A stretch of DNA of 64,000 nt from an uncultured delta proteobacterium (lineage in GTDB: Bacteria; Desulfobacterota; Binatia; Binatales; Binataceae), in assembly GCA_963711565.1 (NCBI GenBank), contig CAVQEQ010000003.1, forward strand, positions 1,280,001-1,344,000, in the 5' to 3' direction. Position numbers and translations under genes: made by a program. This document shows positions 57,559 to 64,000 of the stretch, one piece after another (position 1 is the stretch's first letter; the number at the start of each line of letters is the position of its first letter). The notes under the pieces are model-generated. The model saw only the letters and a program-made list of their open reading frames with translations. It ran no database searches and was not told the origin of the DNA.

Positions 57559-58758
57559 ATGATTCGAGCCGGGGTCGGTCATTCGACCGCGCGCAATCCG
57601 CGCAACGCCGCTGCCGAGGCCACCGCCGCCGCGCTCGCGCAGGCGGGGATTAGCCGCGCAGTGGGCGCGCTATGCTTCGCGACTCCGGCCTACGGCGCCG
57701 CGTATCCGATGATCCTGCGCGCGGTGGCTTCCGAAGCAGGCACGCGCGAAGTCGCGGGATGCTCGAGCATGGGCGTCATCGCGGGCGAGACCGAAATCGA
57801 ATCCGGCCACGCGCTCGCTGTGCTGGTGTTCGGCGGCAACGAAAACGAGATCCGCGCAACGCGATTCTTCGTGCCGACGCTTCGCGGCCGTGCCGCAGGT
57901 GTCGCGGCTGACGTGGCAGCCGCCGTGCGTCCGCAGCTCGACAAAACGAACCTGCTGATTCTCTTTGCCGATACGTACAACTTCGAAGCCGAAGCGACGC
58001 TCGAAGCTCTCGGCGCTGAATTGCCCAGCGTGACGATCGCCGGCGGCGGTGCGAGCGAGGACGGCTCGATTGGCGAGACGTTCGTTTTCTGCGGCGACAC
58101 AATCAGCTCGAACGCCGTTTCCGGGATGCTGTTGTCGGGAGACTTCGAGCTGACTCTTGCGAACACGATCGCATGCGGCCTGATCGGCGCGGCGCATCGC
58201 GTGACCGCCGCGCGCGACAATATCCTGATCGAACTCGACGGGCGCCCCGCATACGAAGTCTTCGCCGAGGCCGCCGGCCCCCTTGCCGCAGATCTGCGCC
58301 GCGCGCTGACGTACGTCTTCGTCGCAATTCCAGCATACGAGAATGCGCCAACGATCGAGCGCGGACAATTCGTCGTGCGCAATATCGTCGGCGCCAGCGA
58401 AGAGCACGGCGTAATCGCGGTCGCATTCCAGCCCAAAGTCGGCGACACACTTGGGTTTGTGCTGCGCGACGCCGAGCGCTCGCGCCAGGACTTGAAGGCG
58501 ACGCTCGACGACTTGAATGATCGCCTCGACCCCCAGGCGCCGCCCGCGTTCGGCTTGTACTTCGATTGCGTCTCGCGCGGCGCCGGCCTCTACAACATTC
58601 CGGGCCACGACTCCGCCTACATCAGGCGCGCGCTGGGCCCCGTTCCGATCGCCGGCTTCTTCACCGGTTTCGAAATCGGCCCGTTGGCCGAGCAAACCTC
58701 GCTGCTGCAGTACTCAGGCGTCCTCGCGCTGATCTCGGAGAGAAAATTGCAGAGTTAA
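57559..58758 (+). CDS. FIST (NosP-like) signal-sensing domain protein
   Basis: AGCSSMGVI, GGGASE, IELDGRPA, YFDCVSRG and GFFTGFEIGP. Confidence 0.88.
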   Translation: MIRAGVGHSTARNPRNAAAEATAAALAQAGISRAVGALCFATPAYGAAYPMILRAVASEAGTREVAGCSSMGVIAGETEIESGHALAVLVFGGNENEIRATRFFVPTLRGRAAGVAADVAAAVRPQLDKTNLLILFADTYNFEAEATLEALGAELPSVTIAGGGASEDGSIGETFVFCGDTISSNAVSGMLLSGDFELTLANTIACGLIGAAHRVTAARDNILIELDGRPAYEVFAEAAGPLAADLRRALTYVFVAIPAYENAPTIERGQFVVRNIVGASEEHGVIAVAFQPKVGDTLGFVLRDAERSRQDLKATLDDLNDRLDPQAPPAFGLYFDCVSRGAGLYNIPGHDSAYIRRALGPVPIAGFFTGFEIGPLAEQTSLLQYSGVLALISERKLQS

Positions 58759-58805
58759 CACGGCTCGCCCGTCTTTCCGATTCCCTCCCCCGTCCTTTTT
58801 CTGAT

Positions 58806-58966
58806 CCCCTCCCCCGTTCGCGGGGGGAGGGTTAGGGTGGGGGACAATATGGCGCGCGATTGTCCGGTGCGCGCCATATTCTGTCGCTGCGGCGAAATTT
58901 GAACTTAAGGTCCCCCACCCGACGCTCGATGACGAGCGTCGGCCTCCCCCCATGAATGGGGGAGGC
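58806..58966. repeat. Family 1-like REP doublet with inner hairpin between convergent genes
   Basis: cccctccccc..ggggggagggttagggtgggg and inverted ccccaccc...cctcccccc..gggggagg, enclosing a perfect 12-bp stem aatatggcgcgc/gcgcgccatatt. Confidence 0.7.
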
Positions 58967-58971
58967 GAAGA

Positions 58972-59745
58972 TCATCGCAGTTTGCGCGTCACCAGCATCG
59001 CGATTCGGTATGTGAAATACATCTCACCGTCGATTCTGACCGGACGCGCGCCGCTCAGATCTTCGACCGCGTCCCGCTCGACCATCGCAACCGCCTTCGC
59101 CGCGCGCTCCGGCGACGTATGCGCCGCCTTGATCCATTGCGAGACGGGAGTGCGATAGCCGTGCGACCTAAACCGTACTATCTCGAGGCCCGCCGCGCCC
59201 ATCATCCGGACCAGTTCGCTGATCGCGAGCGCACTCGTATGCGACGTGTCGCGCAACCGCTCGAACTCGTTGTAGTACGCCGCGCGCTCGGGCTGCTCGC
59301 TGGCAATCAAATCCTCGATCGCCACCAGCCCGTCAGCGCGGCACACGCGCGCCATCTCGGCGATCACCCTTTCCGGCGCCGCGAAATGATGCACCGCGAA
59401 GCGGCACAGGACGACATCGAATTCGCCGTCCTTGAACGGCAGCCTCGACTCCACATCGCCCTTCGTGAAGCTGACGTTGGCAAGTCCACGTTCCGCGCGC
59501 ATCTTCTCCGCAATCTTGAGCGGCGCGTCGGTCAGGTCGATGCCGACGACTTCGCGGCAGACCTGTGCAAACGCCATCGCGACATGCCCCGGTCCCGTCG
59601 CGACTTCCAGCACGCGCGCATCGGCGGGCGGCGCGACAATCTCGACCAGCTTGCGCAGATGCTCGGCGTCACGAATCGCGGGCGCAGTCGCGTAGTCGTT
59701 CGCCTGCCGGGTGAATTCTTCGCGGACGAGATCTTTGTGTTCCAT
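58972..59745 (-). CDS. Class I SAM-dependent methyltransferase (UbiE-like)
   Basis: VLEVATGPG, GIDLT, LPF.DG.FDVV.CR.A.HHF and EMARV. Confidence 0.9.
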   Translation of the reverse strand: MEHKDLVREEFTRQANDYATAPAIRDAEHLRKLVEIVAPPADARVLEVATGPGHVAMAFAQVCREVVGIDLTDAPLKIAEKMRAERGLANVSFTKGDVESRLPFKDGEFDVVLCRFAVHHFAAPERVIAEMARVCRADGLVAIEDLIASEQPERAAYYNEFERLRDTSHTSALAISELVRMMGAAGLEIVRFRSHGYRTPVSQWIKAAHTSPERAAKAVAMVERDAVEDLSGARPVRIDGEMYFTYRIAMLVTRKLR

Positions 59746-59908
59746 ATTTCCCAAGTCGTCCATTGTCGCCGTTCCGGCGAGCGAATCAAGCGCGCAACCG
59801 CATCCTCCCGGCGCTTGCGCGGCTGAAAGCCTTAATGGTACCTGAAACATGGATCTGAGCGGTTTCAAGCCGCAGGATTCCCCATCGAGAAAACGGAGGA
59901 TTGCCAAG

Positions 59909-61036
59909 TTGGATTTCGGATTTTCTGAAGAACAAGAGATGCTTCGGGACGCGGCCAAGCGCTTTCTGGCCGACAACTGCCCGACCAAGTTTGTCCGCCA
60001 GATGATGGCGGACCCGACCGCGCACGACGCCGCTTTCTGGAAAAAGCTGGTCGAACTCGGATGGCCCGGCCTGCTCATCCCCGAAAGTTACGGCGGGCAG
60101 GGCGGCAGCTTCCTCGACATGACGGTGATCGTCGAAGAAGCCGGCAAGGCACTCGTGCCGGGGCCCTTCTTCACTTCCGCACTGCTCGCGGCGCCGCTCC
60201 TGATAGAAGGCGGCTCGGATCAGCAGAAGAAAGATCTGCTCCCGCGCATGGCGAAGGGCGAGTTTATCGGTACTGTCGCAATTGCCGAGGCTGCGGGCCG
60301 GTTCGACGCCGATGGAATCCAGCTCAAGGCGACCAAGTCCGGCAACGAATACACGATCACCGGCGAGAAGTTTTTCGTGCCCGACGCGCACGTTGCCAAC
60401 GGGATGGCGGTTGCGGTCCGCACCGGCGGCAGCGGCGAAAAAGGAATTACGATCCTCGCGATGAACGCCAAGGCGCCCGGCATCACGATCACTCAGCTCA
60501 AGACCGTCGATATGACGCGGCGGCTGTGCCACGTGAAGTTCGACAATGTGAAAACTTCCGAACTCGTCGGCAAGGAAGGCGAGGGATGGCCGATTCTGCG
60601 GCGCACGCTCGACATCGCGACTGCGGGGCTCGCGGCCGAGATGGTCGGGACGGCACAGCGCGCGCTCGACATGTCGGTTGACTACGCTAAGACGCGCGTG
60701 CAATTCGGCAAGCCGATCGGTTCGTTCCAGGCCGTCAAGCACAAGTGCGTCGACATGATGGTCGCGGTCGAGAACGCGCGCTCGCTGACCTACTACGCAT
60801 GCTGGACCGTCGATACCAAGGGCGCGGAAGCGGCGACCGCGGTGCCGATGGCGAAAGCGTACGCATCGGACATGGCGAAGAACGTGACGTCCGAGGCAAT
60901 CCAGGTTCACGGCGGCATCGGCTTCACCTGGGAGCACGACATGCACCTCTTTCACAGGCGCGCACTAGCCGGCGAAGCCAACTTCGGCAACGCCCCGGTA
61001 CATCGCGAGACCGTGGCAAAGTCGCTGCTCGGCTGA
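59909..61036 (+). CDS. Acyl-CoA dehydrogenase family protein
   Basis: DFGFSEEQEMLR, R.QFGKPIGSFQAVKH and IQVHGGIGFTWEH. TTG start follows a GGAGGA RBS. Confidence 0.93.
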   Translation: MDFGFSEEQEMLRDAAKRFLADNCPTKFVRQMMADPTAHDAAFWKKLVELGWPGLLIPESYGGQGGSFLDMTVIVEEAGKALVPGPFFTSALLAAPLLIEGGSDQQKKDLLPRMAKGEFIGTVAIAEAAGRFDADGIQLKATKSGNEYTITGEKFFVPDAHVANGMAVAVRTGGSGEKGITILAMNAKAPGITITQLKTVDMTRRLCHVKFDNVKTSELVGKEGEGWPILRRTLDIATAGLAAEMVGTAQRALDMSVDYAKTRVQFGKPIGSFQAVKHKCVDMMVAVENARSLTYYACWTVDTKGAEAATAVPMAKAYASDMAKNVTSEAIQVHGGIGFTWEHDMHLFHRRALAGEANFGNAPVHRETVAKSLLG

Positions 61037-61059
61037 TCGCGATTAGTTAGGATTGACGG

Positions 61060-61094
61060 AGGGCCGCAGGTGATGGACCTGCGGCCCTTTTGTT
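61060..61094 (+). terminator. Rho-independent terminator
   Basis: Stem agggccgcaggt/acctgcggccct followed by TTTGTT. Confidence 0.85.
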
Positions 61095-61209
61095 CTTCCG
61101 GCACCGCAAAACAACCTAACCCAACCCAAGAGGGAAGGGGAACAATCGCGAAGAGAGGACGTAGAGGTGATTCCTGATGAACCGGTCCGTCCTTTTGGAC
61201 TCGGTCTTC

Positions 61210-61397
61210 GTGTCATTCAGAGCGAAGCGAAGAATCCCGGAGCCGTGCGTGATACCGCGGAAATTCGCGGAGTTGCCCGAAGGTCAAGTGCATTGCTACG
61301 CAGTCCACCGTCGCGCATCGCAGTCGCGCCGTGGTTGCCGTTGCATCAGTAGGCATCGAGAAAGATCCGGGATTCTTCGCTTCGCTCTGAATGACAC
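61210..61397. repeat. Family 2 REP doublet (REPIN-like)
   Basis: Perfect 32-bp inverted repeat gtgtcattcagagcgaagcgaagaatcccgga (61210-61241 and 61366-61397) around a 124-bp spacer. Confidence 0.85.
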
Positions 61398-61453
61398 AAA
61401 GGACAAACGGACAGGCGCGCCGTGGATGCGGATGAACGAATCGCGAAATTCTG

Positions 61454-61792
61454 CTACGCGATGGACTTTGCTCTCTCTTCTTCGGCGGCGGCGCTTCTTG
61501 CAGCCAGGCGGTCGCGCATTGCGCGGTGACTTTCGCGCGTTATTGGGTAACAGCGCGCACGATCGGAAATGTTGCCGACCAGCGGGTCGGTCGTCGCGTC
61601 CAGCACCAGCGCGAGGAAGAATGCAAGTCCGGCGAGCGATGGAGAGAGGCACTTGCGATCGGTATAAAAATAGAGGAGATGAAGCCCGATTAGAGTCGCG
61701 CACAGGTTGAGGCCGGTCTGCGCCTGCGCGTAGATTAGCAGGGGACGAAGGCCGATCTTCTCACTCGAATCCCGGTTTGCCACGGCCCGCAA
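61454..61792 (-). pseudogene. N-terminal fragment of a GPH/MelB-type MFS transporter
   Basis: LLYFYTD...LSPSLAGLAFFLALVLDATTDPLVGNISDR matches GPH TM1-2, after which similarity is lost. Confidence 0.7.
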
Positions 61793-61802
61793 AGACTACT
61801 CG

Positions 61803-62639
61803 ATGGACACGCGGATATACAAAGCGATTGCGATTCCCCTGCTGCTGATGTGGTTCGCTGTGCTGATTCTGTCGCTCGCGCTGTCGGTGCAGGGATGCTC
61901 GACGGTCACCTCGAAGGTCAAGTCGATCATGGGGACCTCCGACGACGACGACTCGGCCGATCTCGACGACGCGGCCAACGCCAACGAAGGCGAGCCGCTG
62001 CCGCCGCCGGTCGCGAACGTCGCGATCAGCTACCGGCGTCCCGGCGACGCGCTGGCGCGGGCGACGGTGATCAAGTTCTTCGGCGCCGAAGTGATCGCGA
62101 ACCATCAACGCGACGCGACGCATACCGAGTCCGTGGTGCGATTCGACGGCGGCGTTCCAATCTGGGAGTTCAAGGCCGACGAAAGCACGTTCGGCTCTTT
62201 CACCGGCGTTGGCGAGTCCAAGTACACGCTCAAGAATATCGAGTACTCGAAAGTGCCGACGCACTTCGCGCAGGTGCTGCCCGAGGAAGGACCGCCCGAG
62301 CCGCTTGACCGCGGCTCTTACTACGTCTTTCAGATCGAACGTCAATCGGGTTCGACCAGCTACCAGGCGGTCAAGGTGCTGGCCGACGGCTCGCTGCAGG
62401 CCTACAACGCGCAACCGCGGGCGGGCAGCAGTTACCTGCTGTGCTGCAACGTGACGGCGGATTTTCCCGAACCGGTGATTCTGCCCGATACAACAACGCA
62501 AGACGCCGGAACTGCGGGCGCCTCGCCGGACGAATCTCCCGACCAATCCGGCCCTCCGCCAGACCAATCAGGCGCGAATCCAGATCAATCCGAGCCCACC
62601 CCGTCGCTCGATCCCAACCCCATGAATGGCGGGCCATAG
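61803..62639 (+). CDS. Hypothetical lipoprotein
   Basis: Hydrophobic leader with lipobox SVQGC and an acidic, Pro-rich tail with PDQS repeats. Confidence 0.7.
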   Translation: MDTRIYKAIAIPLLLMWFAVLILSLALSVQGCSTVTSKVKSIMGTSDDDDSADLDDAANANEGEPLPPPVANVAISYRRPGDALARATVIKFFGAEVIANHQRDATHTESVVRFDGGVPIWEFKADESTFGSFTGVGESKYTLKNIEYSKVPTHFAQVLPEEGPPEPLDRGSYYVFQIERQSGSTSYQAVKVLADGSLQAYNAQPRAGSSYLLCCNVTADFPEPVILPDTTTQDAGTAGASPDESPDQSGPPPDQSGANPDQSEPTPSLDPNPMNGGP

Positions 62640-62767
62640 CGCCTTAATCACTCTTTTTCGCCCATTTGCTGCCTGATTCGACTACTCCTTGAGCTCAAAA
62701 TTCCGTAATAAATCGGCCTAGTCCTCTTGTTCGAAGAGCCGCTCATTTATGAATTTATATTCAGTTA

Positions 62768-62792
62768 TGAGTCAATAATCGGAATTGACTCA
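62768..62792. promoter_or_regulatory. Candidate TetR operator
   Basis: Perfect 9-bp inverted repeat tgagtcaat-N7-attgactca in AT-rich DNA just upstream of the TetR gene, overlapping a second imperfect palindrome at 62742-62770. Confidence 0.5.
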
Positions 62793-62820
62793 CGATTCAT
62801 TTTTCGTCATAAACTGTCTC

Positions 62821-63432
62821 GTGGGAGAAGTTGCTCGACAAGCTGGCGACGCGCCTAACCGGTTCGATCGGCGGCGCGAAAAAACGCGCTTCGATCTGAT
62901 GCAGGCGGCCGAGCGCGTCATCTCGAGCAAGGGCTACCATCAGACGCGCATCGCCGACATCGCCACTGAAGCCGACGTTGGCCTCGGCACCTTCTACCTC
63001 CACTTCAAGACCAAGAACGAAATTTTCATCGAGCTGATCGAGCATGGCGCGGCGGAGTTGCGTAAGAATCTCGCCGAGGCGAAGGCGGGCCTGCATACGC
63101 CGGCTGAGAAGCTCAAGGTCACGATCGATACGATTCTCGACGCGGCGGCCGAGGCGCCCGAACTTTTCCGAATAGTGTTCGGCCACAGCCCCGCGTTTCT
63201 CGATCTGATGGTCCGCGTCCACGAGGTGTTCATCGACGACCTGCGCGACGACCTTGCGCCCGCGGTCGGCGAGCGCGCGGACGCGATTGCGCATCTGACG
63301 ATCGGGATGTTGTCGCAGGCTATTTCGTGGCTGCTCGCGAGCCGCGATCTCTCTCACGCGGAATTGAAAAACGTCACCGTAAATTTTGCCTTGGGCGGAC
63401 TCGAGCGCGCGGCACGGCTCGGCGCCCCGTGA
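62821..63432 (+). CDS. TetR/AcrR family regulator
   Basis: TR..LMQAA......KGYHQTRIADIATEADVGLGTFYLHFKTKNEIF. Start uncertain. Confidence 0.9.
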   Translation: MGEVARQAGDAPNRFDRRREKTRFDLMQAAERVISSKGYHQTRIADIATEADVGLGTFYLHFKTKNEIFIELIEHGAAELRKNLAEAKAGLHTPAEKLKVTIDTILDAAAEAPELFRIVFGHSPAFLDLMVRVHEVFIDDLRDDLAPAVGERADAIAHLTIGMLSQAISWLLASRDLSHAELKNVTVNFALGGLERAARLGAP

Positions 63433-63458
63433 AAAAGTGAATCTGGAGGATTCTCACA

Positions 63459-64000
63459 ATGGCCCACGACCACACGATTGTTAACACCGACCTGGAAAGC
63501 GTTTTCCACTGGGACTACAGCGTCAAGTTCCCTCAGATGGACCGGCTGTACGAGAACGCCAAGCGCGATCAGTGGAACGTCTCGACCACCATCAACTGGG
63601 ACCGTCCGATCGAGAAGGAAGTCCTGGACATGACGATGATGCCGATGTTCCAGACCGAGCTCTATCGCTCGTTGAGCGACGAGAACAAGTTCCAGCTCGG
63701 CCGCAAATTCGCCGCGTGGCGGCTCTCGCAATTTCTGCACGGCGAGCAGGGCGCGCTGATGGTTTGCGGGCAGTTGGTTGACGCGGTGCCGGACCTCGAC
63801 GCCAAGATGAACGCGGCGGCGCAGGTCTTCGACGAGGCGCGTCACGTCGAAGGTTTCCGCAAGTACATCACCAAGCTCGATCGCATCTACCCGATCGATC
63901 CCACGCTCGAACGGCTGCTGACCACCGTCATGGAACACGATCGTTGGGAGCCCAAGTACGTCGGGATGCAGGTCGTGGCCGAGGGGCTGGCCATCGCGGC
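63459..64000 (+). CDS. Ferritin-like diiron protein (AurF-like), partial
   Basis: Manual translation MAHDHTIVNTDLESVFHWDY...LYENAKRDQWN...SQFLHGEQGAL...QVFDEARHVEGF...GMQVVAEGLAIA. GGAGGA RBS, and the ORF runs off the window. Confidence 0.85.
   Translation, partial: MAHDHTIVNTDLESVFHWDYSVKFPQMDRLYENAKRDQWNVSTTINWDRPIEKEVLDMTMMPMFQTELYRSLSDENKFQLGRKFAAWRLSQFLHGEQGALMVCGQLVDAVPDLDAKMNAAAQVFDEARHVEGFRKYITKLDRIYPIDPTLERLLTTVMEHDRWEPKYVGMQVVAEGLAIA

Overview
This is a GC-rich bacterial chromosomal segment made mostly of core metabolic genes. The gene repertoire and style suggest a Candidatus Binatus/Binatota-like soil organism, but that is an impression only. In order it holds: gap-pgk-tpiA-secG-tRNA-Leu(GAG); two large secreted repeat proteins; a lytic-transglycosylase-domain protein; fabG, iscA, queG, lutBCA and a class II-like phaC; a RelE/HigA-type toxin-antitoxin pair; a frameshifted class II ribonucleotide reductase divergent from dciA; DUF1800/DUF1501; a MoxR-DUF58-BatA-VWA operon; nth; an orphan HigA; an M20 peptidase with a FIST protein; an acyl-CoA dehydrogenase; and TetR with a ferritin-like diiron protein. 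No CRISPR array, integrase or transposase was seen. The most notable observations are: (1) two tandem cassettes, each a 3D-domain C-terminal fragment followed by a secreted beta-propeller protein, resembling orphan effector/immunity modules and bounded by a duplicated methyltransferase 5' end; (2) a 145-nt rod-like structured RNA candidate just after nrdJ; (3) a REP-like palindromic element read in frame inside the transglycosylase gene; (4) tandem NrdR boxes interleaved with DnaA-like boxes in the nrdJ/dciA divergent promoter; (5) three families of dispersed palindromic repeats, one of which flanks the glycolytic operon in inverted orientation.
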